Positions 51,059 through 64,000 of a DNA stretch of 64,000 bases are shown one piece after another. Position 1 is the first letter of the stretch. Each line of letters begins with the position of its first letter. Position numbers and translations under genes: made by a program. The notes under the pieces were generated by a model. It was not told the origin of the DNA. It worked only from the letters and a program-made list of their open reading frames with translations, and did no database searches. The stretch lies in the NCBI GenBank assembly GCA_010093815.1, contig ML996566.1; one strand, 5' to 3'. This DNA is from Pseudovirgaria hyperparasitica. Taxonomy: Eukaryota.

Positions 51059-52912
51059 ATGCAGACAGTCTGGTCTCGAGCAGTTCAGACTCGATGTACA
51101 TGCCGATGCGCCCAATGCATCTCGAAGCCCTCGACAGCAAGTCGACGGGCTGCTTTAACAACATCAAGGAAAATCACTTTACCTGGGCCGTCCGCGACCT
51201 TCTTATACTCGACGATCTTCGCCACGGCTGTGGTAGCCGATAGCAAGGCGAAGCAAAAGAGGAGGAAACAATGGGACGACGCGATCGCAGATGTGAAAGG
51301 ACAGATCGAGGAACATAACGTTCAAACACATACAACAGAAGAGCTCCCACGGAATGACGGGGCCGAGAATCGTAGGACATTGGGACTACAAGCGTCCAAG
51401 CCCTTGCGCGCAGCTTTTGCTCCTCTTCAGGTGGGCTCCGGCTTGCCAGCCCATCTACATGACGCAGTCATTAAGCCGCACGCTTTTCTCCAACCGAACT
51501 CTAGCCTGCTGTCAGATTCCGTGAAGACTCCTCTCTCCACGTTCCAGGAACATATCGACGAGAGCAAAGAAGCAAAAGTCCCCGAACGACCACTTGAATC
51601 TAAGAGTTTAGCATCGTACTTCAATACCAGCCATACCGAAAAAACAAGATTCATGCCAGCACACACAGGACCTCGGGTGCCGCTGTGGTGTCAAGCGCCC
51701 CAATCTATATATGCAGAACCCAGACGGCGTGCGGCGTGTCACAGTAGATCATGGACTGCGAAGAAAGTTCGCATCTCCGAAGTGCAAGTTTTCATGTTCA
51801 TCCTCCATATCTTGGGTCTAGCCTCGCCATCAGAGGAGGATCTAGCTACCTGCTCACCGCAGCTCAAGACACTTGCCTCGGCAAGAACATCGCACGATTG
51901 GCACCTAGAAGAGTACCACCAGGCGGTCTTTTGCGCCACCGCGGACCTTGAAGGATTTGATAGGCCTAGACCATGGCTATGTCCACATTTCAGACTGGAG
52001 AAGGACGAGCTTCATCACGATACTTTGTCACAGCTGCATGACAACCTCAGATGTTTATTAACCTCTCCGACCTCTCCCTACGGCTCGGCATCAGTCAGTC
52101 AGCAATCCATATGTGTCCAGATTTGCGACCTCCTACTCACATCGGTCGCCGCGCCAGACGTTCGCACGTACAATATCCTACTTTCTGGTTTGGTTCGGTT
52201 GGGTCTACATGAATTCGCCCAGAAAATTATTGATTGCATCATGAACTCTCGCATTCGCCCGAACGAGATCACGTGTGCCGCTATCCTCCACTACTACATC
52301 GAGCAAGGAGATCCGGCGAAGTTCAGTGAATATATTGCCAAGATGCGCGGCCTCCACGGTGGACTTATGAAAGCCAATCCAACCATCACTATAACGGAGA
52401 TTGGTGCGCCTCGACTCATTCAAGCGGGGAATCAAATCATTCAGAAGGTCTCACCTTCCCCTATAGTCTTTTATGAGCTTATAAGGGGCGTCCTGCAATT
52501 CGCAGGATTCGAGCGCGCGCTCGAGATATACATCAACATGCACAGTGATGGCTGGGGGCTCGACGTGCGGGGCATCCGCCTGTTCCTGTACCACTGCGTC
52601 GTGCACTCGGACTTCAACATCGGCATCACGTTCTGGCACCAACTGAGGTCGCTCGTGGGCGATCGCCCAAGCGAAGTCGACATCAAGGACTTCAGCATTA
52701 TCCTCGCGCTTTGCAAAGTCACGGGCAGAACTGAAATCTACGCCAGTATCTATAGTGAGGCCGTGACCGTGCATGACAAGGGTGTCCTGTCCAATATGAT
52801 CCGCGGTCATGTGCTCAGCCTCGATCCAAATAGGTTGGACGAGACGCTGGAGGCGCGCTTTAATATCGCTAGCAAGCAAGTGCCTGTCCGGACTGCGTTC
52901 GACGAAGCGTGA
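51059..52912 (+). CDS. Pentatricopeptide-repeat protein, probably mitochondrial
   Basis: PPR-like motifs PDVRTYNILLSGLVRLG, RPNEITCAAILHYY and PSPIVFYELIRG, with an R/S/T-rich N-terminus. Confidence 0.8.
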   Translation: MQTVWSRAVQTRCTCRCAQCISKPSTASRRAALTTSRKITLPGPSATFLYSTIFATAVVADSKAKQKRRKQWDDAIADVKGQIEEHNVQTHTTEELPRNDGAENRRTLGLQASKPLRAAFAPLQVGSGLPAHLHDAVIKPHAFLQPNSSLLSDSVKTPLSTFQEHIDESKEAKVPERPLESKSLASYFNTSHTEKTRFMPAHTGPRVPLWCQAPQSIYAEPRRRAACHSRSWTAKKVRISEVQVFMFILHILGLASPSEEDLATCSPQLKTLASARTSHDWHLEEYHQAVFCATADLEGFDRPRPWLCPHFRLEKDELHHDTLSQLHDNLRCLLTSPTSPYGSASVSQQSICVQICDLLLTSVAAPDVRTYNILLSGLVRLGLHEFAQKIIDCIMNSRIRPNEITCAAILHYYIEQGDPAKFSEYIAKMRGLHGGLMKANPTITITEIGAPRLIQAGNQIIQKVSPSPIVFYELIRGVLQFAGFERALEIYINMHSDGWGLDVRGIRLFLYHCVVHSDFNIGITFWHQLRSLVGDRPSEVDIKDFSIILALCKVTGRTEIYASIYSEAVTVHDKGVLSNMIRGHVLSLDPNRLDETLEARFNIASKQVPVRTAFDEA

Positions 52913-53306
52913 GGGTCTCCCTATTTAGGTTATATTTCTCCAACCAAACTTGCATCTGGCTAGCAAGGGAGAGTTTTTTATTTGTATGCTTCCCACGATG
53001 GACACTTCTGTGGAATACGAGGAGTGGCTTTGTGCATTTCTGGGGATCTTCGCTACTTACTGTGTAGCGAGAGGGCTATATGACACGCATAATCATTGAA
53101 ACAAATGAACGTAGACGCAGGAAATCTGCTGACTCTGCTTTATAACAGCAGTGTCTCGGATGCCGATCCGGGGTGGTGGATACCCTCTGGGGTCTTTTCT
53201 CTCATGAATATTTCAGGTCCCAAGCAAAGGCGTATAGAGAGACAAGTCTTCACGACTGTGTCGATAGAAAAAGCCTGCTTTCAACGCAGCATCGTTAGTC
53301 ATGAAT

Positions 53307-53393
53307 TGTATATATATGTATGTGTGTATATATATGTATGTGTGTATATATATGTATGTGTGTATATATATGTATGTGTGTATATATATGTAT
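53307..53393. repeat. 18-bp tandem repeat (TGTATATATATGTATGTG), about 4.8 copies
   Basis: Exact copies between the convergent 3' ends of the PPR and permease genes. Confidence 0.95.
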
Positions 53394-53485
53394 AAAATGA
53401 ACAAATACCCATCGTGCATTTTTCACACGGCAAACTCCCTCTATGCTTCTATTATCCCACAACTTTTACCAACCGACTTTTATCT

Positions 53486-55247
53486 TCAAAGCCACCGCCT
53501 CATCCTCTCCTTGAACGACAACGACGACGCCGCAGCCTCTTCTTCCAGCAGATCCAACTCGTCAATCTCCCGCCTGCCAGAGTCCAGATCCGCCTCCGCA
53601 GCGCGAACGAACGCGGTGCGACAGACGAGCTTATGCCCGACCCACAGCGCCACAAACAACAACAGACTGACATACGCAACGAAGAAATCCGTGACGCTAA
53701 AGGGGATAAACGCCGTGAAGCCCTGCGTGAGGATGATGAGCACGTTGAAAAACAAGCCATACCACGTCAAGTAAGGCTGCAGCGGGGCCTTGTAAGGCAG
53801 CGTGTCACGGCTCTGACCACGGGCCTTGAGCGCGTCCATGAAGCGCAGATGACAGACGCCGATACAAGCCCAGACGATGAAGCCTGCAACGGCAGTGATG
53901 TTGAGCAGCCAGTTGAAGACGTTGCCGCCGGAGGCACTGAGGTTGAGAAAGCCGAGCAGGCCGAAGACGGCGGTAGCGCAGACGGCTAGGACGGGCACGC
54001 CGCCGCGACGGGTGGTGCGGGCGAAGAAGGACGGGGCAAGGTTTTCTTTTGCGAGGCCGAGCAGGATGCGGCTGCCGGAGTAGACGTTTGAGTTTGCGGC
54101 GGAGAGGACGGCGGTAAGGAGGACGGCGTTGATGATGGAGGGCAGGACGGCGATGCCGGCGAGGTTGGCGGCGATGACGAGAGGGGAGGCGGAGGCGTCG
54201 CTTGCGTCGCTGAGGAGGGCGTCGTTGTCGGAGGGCACGAGCAGGCCGATGAAGAAGATTGTGAGGCAGAAGAGGAAGAGGATGCGGAAGAAGGTTTTGC
54301 GGACGGCGGAGGGGACTTCTTTGCGAGGGTTCTTGGTTTCGCCGGCGGCGATGGCGAGGAGTTCGGTGCCTTGGTAGGCGAAGCCTGCTTTGATGAGGAC
54401 GGCCCAGAAGCCGACGAATTTGGCGAGGGAGTCGTTGCCTGTGATGAGATAGGGGACAAAGGGGCCTGGGTGCAGCCAGTTGTGGAAGCCGAGATAGGGC
54501 TGCTTGCCGACGCCGGCGTCGACGCAGATGGCAAAGATCATGAAGCCGATGATGGTGACGACTTTGATGCTTGCAAACCAGAATTCCAGTTCGCCGTAAA
54601 AGCTTACTGGGAGAAAGTTGATTGAGGTGAAGAGAACCCAGAATACTCCAATCCAGATGCCGATATTGAGACTAGGATCCCAGTATTGAATGATGTAGCC
54701 AGCTACACTCAGCTCAAGAGCGTATGTAATGGCCCATGAAAACCAGTAGATAAATCCCATAGCAAATGCAAGAGTTGGGTCGACGAAACGACTTGCGTAT
54801 GCAGTGAAGGCGCCCGAGACTGGAAAATATTAGGATCAAGCTTAGAATAAGATGTCTGGTATGTTCACTGACCTGGGATATATGTGGTCATCTCACCAAG
54901 GGAGACCATGACAGAGTACACGATGGTCCCGACGAAGACATAGGCAATTAGAGATCCAATCGGACCAGCTGTCGCCAATGCAGAGCCACTTCCAATGAAT
55001 AGTCCAGTTCCAATTGTGCCACCTTGAAACCACAGTCAGTACCATCTTGATATAAGCACGTGAGGTCTCGATAGACCAAAAGTAGCTTACCGATTGCTAT
55101 CATTTGCAGATGACGGCTCTTGAGCTGTCGCTTCAGCTCAGTCGTTTGACCGACCATCTGTTTTTCTTCATCGCTGTGGCAGCTTGGTGGTGCCGGTCCA
55201 CGCTTGGCCGACTTGTCGATATCGCGAGTCGTAGAAGTGTCGTCCAT
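53486..55247 (-). CDS. APC-family yeast-type amino-acid permease (Can1/Lyp1/Put4-like)
   Basis: [54 protein letters not shown] and LPYKAP.QPY. Introns 55023-55090 and 54820-54872. Substrate cannot be determined from the sequence. Confidence 0.94.
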
Positions 55248-56594
55248 GGCTAGTATGACGCCAATTAGGCCCTAGGATGTTTATTGACTATGTGGATCCA
55301 GCAATGTATGGTAATAGTTCCCACGGTCCAGGAATTAATAACAAACTTGGACTGAGAAATAGATTAGTACCACGGGAGAGTGTGGAAGAAGAGGAAAAGA
55401 AAGAAGACTGATGGACAGGTCGTCGGCCAAAATTTATGAAGAGTAACACTGCTACAGCAGCAGCGGCCGTACCCGCAAGTCAAAGATTTGAGGTCCCGCG
55501 CTGATGTGGGGATTTTTCACGTTTTCGCCTCCCGTCCCTCAATGTTTGACTGGAAGGTGTACACATATTTGAGTCGCAGCAAAAGAAAACTCAGCCCTAA
55601 GGATGAATGAGGTATGGCATCTCCGACGTAGACTATGTAATCCTTCAAGAATGGCCTTTGTTGATTCGTGCAACAGGGCTGGAGTGAAGGTTCTAACGCG
55701 GTATCTCTCTATGGCAAATCCGGATGGATCCATGGGCCCGGGTGGGTGCAGGGAAAATATTTGCGCATGACGATCGGGGCTATCCGAGCGAGAGCTACGC
55801 CGAACCATGTTCACGTGCCCGTCTTCAGATATACAGAGTATCTTGACATTTGGAGCAGAGGCGGTGGCACACAAATACGTGTTGCAGTCAAGAACAAGAG
55901 ATGACTTCGCGCCTCTTGACACAGTAGAGTTGCTGGTCTCACTAATTACCAAGTCTCACCCTTGGATGTTATCCATGGATGACATAGCGGGGCTAAGCAC
56001 TTAGTCTTCCAGAGCCGCGAGAACTGGCTTGCTTGCAAGTGTGTAGAGAGACCTACGAGCTCGACGTCTGTCGGGGCATGTCGATGTTATCAGATGATTT
56101 TGCTAGTGTTGACAACGAAGTCAAGTGAAAGTGAAGTATCTGCAACACCTCGGACTGCGAGCTGCGAAGACGCGCACTACTAGAGCTTCCTGATGAGGAA
56201 TAGAATGGCATAGGTAGCTTCGATGATGCGAGCTGCGAAAGGGACCGCGTGGCTCATTCGTGCAACGTGCCTCTCTGGCATCCTCAGTATTCGTCCCGTC
56301 CGAAGACATACATTTTTATAACCCATCATCAGCACCGTCGTCATCTGCGACCTTCTCTGGTACATATCAACCGTGTCTTCATGTCAAACCACCATTGGCA
56401 GCCGTAGCAGGCCGTCATTTCGTACTAAACCTCGCCGTTCCATGGACTGCACACCTTGAGAAACAGAGTTGGACGTAGCCTGTAGAAATGAAAAAATCAT
56501 GATGGCGATATATAATGCGAAGGGGCGCTGCCTCCTCAAGATAAACATCTTCACTACTTTGTTGGCAATACTCACATTACTTTTATTCACTATT

Positions 56595-57815
56595 ATGTTG
56601 CGCAAGCAGCTTCTCCTCGCAGCCAGCAGCGCTGTAGCCTGGGCAGTACCCCTTTTAGAAACTCCTACTGACACCGTACGGCCAATGCTGAAATTCACCA
56701 AGGACGGTGTCTTTCAGATTGCCGTCATGGAGGATCTGCATTTTGGAGAGGATGAGGCCACCTTTGGGCCTCCGTCTGATCAAAACACACTTCGTGTCAT
56801 GAACACGATCTTGGACGCGGAAGCACCGCAGCTCGTCGTACTGAATGGTGACTTGATCACCGGAGAGAACACTTTCAAAGAAAACTCAACAGACTATATC
56901 GACGTGATAGTCAAACCTCTGGTGGATAGGAATCTGCCCTGGGCGTCGACTTATGGAAACCATGACAATCAATACAATTTGTCAACGGAAGCAATGCTGG
57001 ATCGGGAGCAGAGCTACCACTTGTCCCTTACGCAGAAGATGGTATCGACAGAGAAGTCTGGCGTAACGAATTACTGGCTGCCCGTGTGTGCTCCTGATGA
57101 CATTGGGGACGGTGTTCCTGCCATGCTGCTCTGGTTTTTCGACAGTCGTGGAGGCGGAGAATATCAGAAAGAAAATGCCCCGATAGTCGGTGTTGTCGAT
57201 AGTACAGTTGCCGATTGGTTTTCGAGTACCAACGCCGACCTGGTCAAGAAGTATGGCAAAGTGATACCCTCACTTGCGTTCGTCCATATTCCTGCGTATG
57301 CCACAAACAGGTTCTCTAATCAGGGGGTTGACCCAAACAAGGAACCTGGCATCAACTTTGATGCAGTGTCACACCAGGGAACGGCGTGTCCTGACGGTCC
57401 TTCCAGCTGTCGTTACTTGGGGACTGATGAATCATTCATGGAATCGCTCGCGAATACGGAAGGATTGATGGCTTTATTTAGTGGACACGATCATGGTGAC
57501 GACTGGTGAGTAGCTTCGAATCCGCACCGTGATCATTAGTAAACTAATCGAGTTACAAGGTGCTTCAAATGGAACTCACAGTTACCGGATATGAAGATCA
57601 CAGGATCGGGGGTGAAGCTTTGTTTCGGTCGGCATACTGGGTATGGAGGTTATGGACAGTGGACCAGAGGAAGTCGACAAATTGTCGCTAATCTACAAAC
57701 CATTCAAGACTTGGAGGTGGAAACCTGGAATCGTTTGGAGACCCAAGCGATCAGTGGGCGTGTCACGCTCAACTCGACCTACGGCGATGACCAGTATCCA
57801 GCGGTCCAAGGCTAA
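56595..57815 (+). CDS. Secreted calcineurin-like metallophosphoesterase (Dcr2/PAP29-like)
   Basis: Signal peptide, then DLHFGE, VVLNGDLITG, TYGNHD, AFVHIP, FSGHDH and CFGRHTGYGGYG. Intron 57506-57559. Confidence 0.92.
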
Positions 57816-60800
57816 AGTTGATCTTCCGGAGGTGATGGATGTTGCATAGTCGGCAGAAGGTGTAGATTTCGTGTAGCATGCATGATCAGTAATACTATCG
57901 AGGTCAAAGAGCCTTTTCACGGCTTTCCCCGACGTGACATGTCAATTACTCTCTTCTGTGACGATATAACATTGGATAACTGTCAAAACAAGGCTAACAC
58001 GGGGCCGACGGGGGGAAGAGTGGTGGACGGCTTCAAGCAAGCCGGTTGGCGTTGAGGCCGAGTCTTGAGTCGGGCTCTGGATAGTGAGGATGTTTTCGAG
58101 CACTTGGTGTAGGATAGCGGGAGACTAAAGACATGCGCATGGGAGGTATTTCGGTGATTGCGAGTGGCTTGTGAAGGCGTCGACTGAGGCGAGTCCAGGC
58201 CTGAAGTCTAAGGCCGAGGTGGACTTTTTGCAGGACAGCGACCTCCCATTGATGTCGTGGTTACTCATTACTCATTGACTACTCCACTTTGTGTAATGCC
58301 CCAATGAAGCGTTTCGTTTCGTGTAGAAAATAAAGATGAGATATGGTAGCGTGGAGCATTAGATGCGTCATCATCGTATGATGTTATGGAACGAGGCTGA
58401 TACGAGCCTCTGTACGAGAGACGATGGTCGGAAAGGGTGTAGTGTTGTAGAAGCTAGAGAAATGCACCATCACTGGCCACTGGCCGCTGCCCATAGACCC
58501 ACCGGAACAAGTGGGCACACGAAGATGTTGTCGTTGTCGTGTCATATATTTCTATTTCGAGAATCTGGTAGACGAGTGCACGACTACCAGTGTTTCCAGA
58601 GCGTTTCGGCGCATTTGGTGAGGCGGGGAGGCTAATACTTTGGACGCGCGATGGATGAATATGGATGGCAGGCATAGGCCCGTGAAGAGTGGAGTGGCTG
58701 ATGTATGGTGCAGCGCCTCCATAATTCTCACCGACTACAGCCTCAAAACAGTATTACCATAGTGTTTTCTCCATCGGCTCGTGCCCAGAGTCATAGCCTT
58801 TATTGCTTTCTGGAACAATAGTGCTTGTTCCGCATGCGTTTGGCTGGCCTGACGAGTGATGAGTGTACGCTGAAGACCAACACCGTAATACGTACAGATC
58901 CAATAACGGTAATACTGTGCATTCGCTGAGGCTGCAATCCGTTTCGACAATCTAGCTGCGAGGAACTATTGATCATCCTGAACCCTTTTTCTGTTTGGGT
59001 AGCTTCTTCAACGCCTATTGGACGGCGCTTTAGAGATTGGCGAGACAATTACTTGCTCGGACTGGGAGTGGGGTGCGGTCGATCCCTGGAGCATGGCTGT
59101 GCAAAAGTCAATACATTGTCTGATCCTTTCGCCGTCCGTGGGCTGATACAGTATGCGCATGCTGCACGTCGCGGTTAGGTCAGTCATCATTCATCATTCA
59201 TCAGTTAATAACGGTTTACAGCCCGACAGTCCATCATATATCACCCGCTACCAGGGAACTTTGGGAAAAAGTGCCGACATATGTGATCCATGCCAAAGAT
59301 AAGCTTTGTACCACACGTGTAGTCTACTTGTCATGGAGACTGTCGGGCCCTGGTGTACCACAGCACGACGATGATTTGTTGATGTTGAGTGGGCGGTGTA
59401 TACAAGTTCAGAAACCTGCCGTGTCAAGCTGAATGTCTATGGGCCTGAGCTGGATGATTGTCTACAGTAGTTAGGAGATCTCTCATGCGGGTAATGGCCG
59501 AGTCGCGAAACCAAAAGGTGAAGATGGTGTTGAGCTAGGGACGTCGGATAGGCGGAGACAAGATCGGCAGTCCTGGGGAGCGTTACAACGGTTACATCGC
59601 CCACACGGGCCACAGAAGGTATGGTAATAGGTGAGCAGACCAATAGTACCTCTGGCTTTTCTACAGAAAGAATTGAAATGCTTATGATAGCCCAAACACT
59701 TTTAGTGTCATTGCACATAGTAAAGCGTTGAATATCTTTATAGTCTTTTCGTGTATGATAAGTGTATGTTAAATTTAAGATCAAGCTACCTCTCCTAGAT
59801 AGACTTTCACGGTTCCATAATTATTGACTACGCTACTATGTATTTACTCTATACCTGACATGTGTTTGTCTACTAGTAGTGGCACGATAAATGGACCGGA
59901 ATGTTTAGTATTCCATTGAGAGAAGGCCCAATTGTCTGCACGTGGTTACCATCAGTTTGGATCCAGTGCAAAAAGGTTGCCCTTAGCCGAGCCCACTCCC
60001 GGTCTGCTTCGCTCCTATTCTGCTGCATCATCATCATCATATCCGCTCTTCGTATCTCTTGCAAGCCTCTCCTTTTCGGTACTGACCTCGTAGCCAGGTT
60101 TCTTGTAGCGATTGTATGTTCGTCGCTCGTCGTATCGCCACTTCTAGTCTGGCCCACATCCAATGGTCGTGCAGGTGGTGTCCTACCACTCGCTCATTCA
60201 TGATATCCTCCTCTCTCTCAACTCTTCGGCGCAATCCACACCCCGCTCGCTGCAACTTACTTGTTCGAGCCTTACACAGTACAGATGGGTACTGTGTTTC
60301 AGAAGAACACTCACTGCACGTGCTCACTCTTGGGAGAAACATGCTGTAGGCTGTAGCTGGCCGCCCGTGCTGGAGGATAATCGTGGCGTCTGCATCTACA
60401 CATCTACGCTATCAGGCCGCTATCGCTAACTCGCACGACGAGGTTCATGTTTAGAGAATATGCATATGCGGTCTAGCACTCACGGTACAGTGTGAGGTAG
60501 CATTTGCATTCCCTCTACACTCTAGTCTCTAGCGGTCCGGAATGACACGTGACGCCATGATTCTATATTTGGCCTTGTCAGCTAGATCGTTCGACATATT
60601 GTCGATACTATCCACTGCTGACTGCTAACTATGCCGTTAAGGTACCGCGTTGACGGTTCCCTTCCGCCTCTTTGGGCGTCATCCACTATCGAACCCTCCC
60701 GGCGCTGTAGTGGGTTTTCCGTCTTTGGCCTGGCCAACATTTGATCATCCTGAACCAAACCCACTGCCAGTTCATACTCTATCTTGAACGGCTAAGCATA

Positions 60801-61098
60801 CTGGGATCCACTATCCCGTTCGGTCGTCTTTCTGTCTGTCCCAGCCCTGCCACCTGTGCTCATACGTCGAACTCGAGATTCAGCCTCTTTGGCGCCACGT
60901 TCCGACTCTGAGCAAATGGTCTCTATTACGTCGCTACCAGGGGTCTTATGCATTGGCCCAGGACGATCCCTAGTCCTATATTACTACATTCTGTTCTCCA
61001 TATAACACGCTCACATGCCTCCTTCAACATATCCGCATCGTTGGATCAGTCACTCGCTTAACACATTCGTTTGATAAAACATTTCAAGAACTACAACA

Positions 61099-63732
61099 AT
61101 GTCTAGTCCATCTTCACCACTCCATGAGCTATCGTCAGAAAGGAACACCAGTACCAGTGCCAACAGTACCAGTGCTAAGGATCGTAAGAGGAGGAGAATC
61201 TACAGGGCTTGCGATTACTGTCGTTTACGAAAATCACGATGTGATGGCAAAATGCCTTGTACTGGTTGCAAGGCCATTGATCATGGTACTATGCTTTACT
61301 ACTGGATTCAGACGTCTGCCACTAACGAGCAATTGTAGAATGTTCGTACAGTGATTCTTTGAGGAGTCGGCGTGGAGGTCCACGCTACATTGAAGAACTG
61401 GAAGGAAAGATCCGCAGTTTGGAACATGCCCTGCAGACTGTCAATGCCGAGGAACGTATCGAGAATGCACATGTCAGAGCGCTTCTGGTCGAGCAGTTGA
61501 AGGATGCCGGTGGTCCTTGGAATTCAAAGTCCTCGGAATATCTCAGCAGATCTTCGGAGAATAGTCCCACGAAAGTTGTCGATGAGCTACCCGAGGAGGG
61601 CGAAGAGCTGCTCGAGACCATGATCGAGGTGAGCATCAATGGCTGCGGACTGACGCTCAGGACTGATTCCTGTCTACAGGCTACTGGTATTCTCAATATT
61701 GACATCGTTGCTACTGAGTCTGAGTATCGCGCCCAGATGCTTCCAGCTGCATACACGGGCAGTCGGCCGGAGTCGTTCGTTCGTTCTTCGCCTTTACCTC
61801 CAGACTCGCCACACTTCAGCCACCCTCAACTTGGAATTTCTCCGAATTTCTCGAGTGGTAGCTACGTAACATCGCTACCTCCAAAGAAGACTGCAATGTT
61901 TTTCATAGATGTGGCACTGAATCACCCATGCTGCTTGATGAACTTTGTCCATCGCCCAACACTCAATGAGCTTCTTGAGGAAGTGTACGAAGACAGTGAC
62001 ATGCCTATGGGGTCTCAGACCGCTACTGCTCTCATTTATGGTTTCTCTGCCATTGGAGCTCTTTTCTCGGGTAGTCACTTTGGTGCAGACTCCGAAGAAT
62101 GCACACCACCGGGGTAATTTAGATTTTCGCTTTCTATTTGGACCTTACTGATGAGCATCCGTGTAGATATCAATACTTCCAGACCTGTCAAACAATGATC
62201 GATCCACTCGCTTGTAACGACATTGTTACCATGCAAGCTTTGATATGTGCAATCCTGTATATGCAAGGCACGGGCATGGTGACGCGATCGTATTCGACGA
62301 TCTGCGCTGCTACTTCCGCTGCTGTCCGTATGGGCCTGCATCGCGCTTCACCGCCTAGCAGTCTTGATGCAATTCAACTTGAGCTCCGAAAGCGTGTCTT
62401 TTGGGTCTTGAGAACCATGGACACTTATGTCACTTCCATGCTTGGCTTTCCTCGGACGCTCGGAGAAGAAAATGTGGATCAAGAGATGCCAATCGCTCTA
62501 GAAGATCATTTTATCACAACTTCCGGCATCATCGCAGAGGGGCAATCAAGCAGTATACAGTCAAACATGGGCCCAGTCAACGCCCATACTCGGCTGATCA
62601 AGATCATGGCGCAAACCCTTCGCCAGATCTATCCGTCGAAGCGACCATCTAGCTCTGTAAACTTTGCATATGGTGTCTCTCCAACGAGCGTGTCTCAGAT
62701 TGAATCTGAGCTTGAGCAATGGTTTGAAGATTTGTCCCGATCCGACAACACTTCTGTTCCGTCAAGCTCTTTCGAGATACGGTAAAATTACATCTATCTT
62801 GTATGGTTAGATTACAGCTAACAGTTTTTAGAACTCAGCTCCTCCTTCGCATGGCGTATGGTCACGTTCAGATGGTCCTCTATCGCCCCTTTCTGCACCA
62901 CATCTTGAAGCCACGGTCTGAGGGTAACATCCAACTCCGATCCTATGCGTGTGCTTCTGCATGTATCAAAGCTGCAATGCAAATTGTTTGGTTGGCTGAA
63001 GAGTTGGATTCACGAGGGCTGATCCACGAGGCGTACTGGTTCACTTCTTACATCACGTCGTTTGCTGTGACCACGCTCTACCTATTCATCACCACGGCAC
63101 GCGATGATCCAACAAGAGAGGAGACACGACACACTGCAGAACGCGGTCGTGCCATTGTCTACAAACTGGCCAAGAGCAACCCTATGGCGGATTGGTGCCT
63201 TTCATCTCTCAACGCGAGTCCTTTTCTCCAGGACCAGGAATTCTACTTCAATCCTCCTAGTTGACTAGCCGGGGAGAGTCTGAAGTCACAGCAAGCAGCT
63301 GATGTAGGTCCATCGCACGGTGCTACAAGTAGCTCGAGCTCGAGCACCAATGCAACTCCGGATTACCGGCACAGCATTACTGATGCATCGCATCTTCGTT
63401 TCCACCCACGAGCGCCCGACCCACAACCACAAATGCAGCTGCCCTTCTCAGTCTCTCCCATCGATGACCATGCAACTGGCATGGCCATTCCAGTTACTGC
63501 AAGCGGCGAATCTCTCTACGCCATGCCTTATGTACCTCTATCGCCATTTGAGACCAAGGAGAGCACGTCCTACTTTGACGTGCAAAACACGAATTCGGAA
63601 CCTCATGATTCGCATATGTCGACGCCACAATTTGGTCACTACTATGGACCAGATGTGGCCAGTCAAATGGCTTGGGATCCATCAACCACCCAGCCAATGC
63701 CTTTCAAACTGGATCTAGACCTGATTAGTTGA
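61099..63732 (+). CDS. Zn2Cys6 transcription factor with fungal-specific TF domain (Asg1-like)
   Basis: RACDYCRLRKSRCDGKMPCTGC...C and AVRMGLHR..ELRKRVFW..MD.Y.SMLGFP. Introns 61286-61338, 61629-61679, 62114-62167 and 62782-62831. The 3' end is ambiguous (stop at 63264 or 63732; see findings). Confidence 0.88.
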
Positions 63733-64000
63733 TATCGTATACGATGGCATCAAATCGCGCAGTGCGCATTTGACGCTTTGCACCTGTTTTCAGTATCATG
63801 CAATATTTTTGCCGCGCAAAAAGTCCTGGTTGTGAGCGACATGTTATTTTGTACGGGATCAAGTTTATGCGTCTTGTTACTTTTCAAATCACTTGTTTTT
63901 GTTTTATTATATATAGATCTGCTACGACTCTCCTTGAGATACCCACCAACGCAGCACGGATCGGCGTTTAGCACATGACCATATCTGTCATTATGTATTG

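Noticed and set aside
53414..54625. Long plus-strand and alternative-frame ORFs over the permease
   Set aside because: These are shadow ORFs caused by high GC3. The same applies to the antisense ORFs over MAK21, VPS37 and the coiled-coil gene.
59391..59405. GGGCGGTGTATACAA, nearly antisense to the SSU rRNA decoding region (possible snoRNA guide)
   Set aside because: There is no correctly placed D/D' box or proper C box, and a match this short is expected by chance.
57850..61090. Short ORFs in the 3.2-kb intergenic region
   Set aside because: No recognisable motifs or consistent splice model.

Overview
This is eukaryotic DNA from a filamentous ascomycete (Pezizomycotina; Dothideomycetes-like style is an inference). 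It has short GT-AG introns with CTRAY branch sites and about 21 protein-coding genes. Most are housekeeping: VPS37-like, a coiled-coil protein, NAR1, RPB12/RPC10, COT1/CBK1, LYS1, TRP4, MAK21, SFT2, COX19, DUF866, a PPR protein, an amino-acid permease, a metallophosphoesterase, a RING protein, a small CsbD-like protein and three transcription factors. An accessory-looking block at about 17-23 kb holds a HET-domain gene, a YFH7-like kinase and a secreted tyrosinase. I found no tRNA, rRNA, transposon or CRISPR. The best leads are non-coding. (1) SFT2 has three abnormally long introns, one of them hairpin-dense and two sharing a ~29-nt motif. (2) The final Zn2Cys6 gene has an in-frame UGA-CUAG stop followed by 155 open codons, explained either by readthrough or by a GC-AG intron. 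(3) The gene-free 31.2-35.8 kb interval contains divergent splice-competent units and a multibranch RNA-like fold. (4) The bHLH gene has a long, multi-intron, AUG-free leader with an in-frame open extension. All splice models and folds were read by eye and are unverified.
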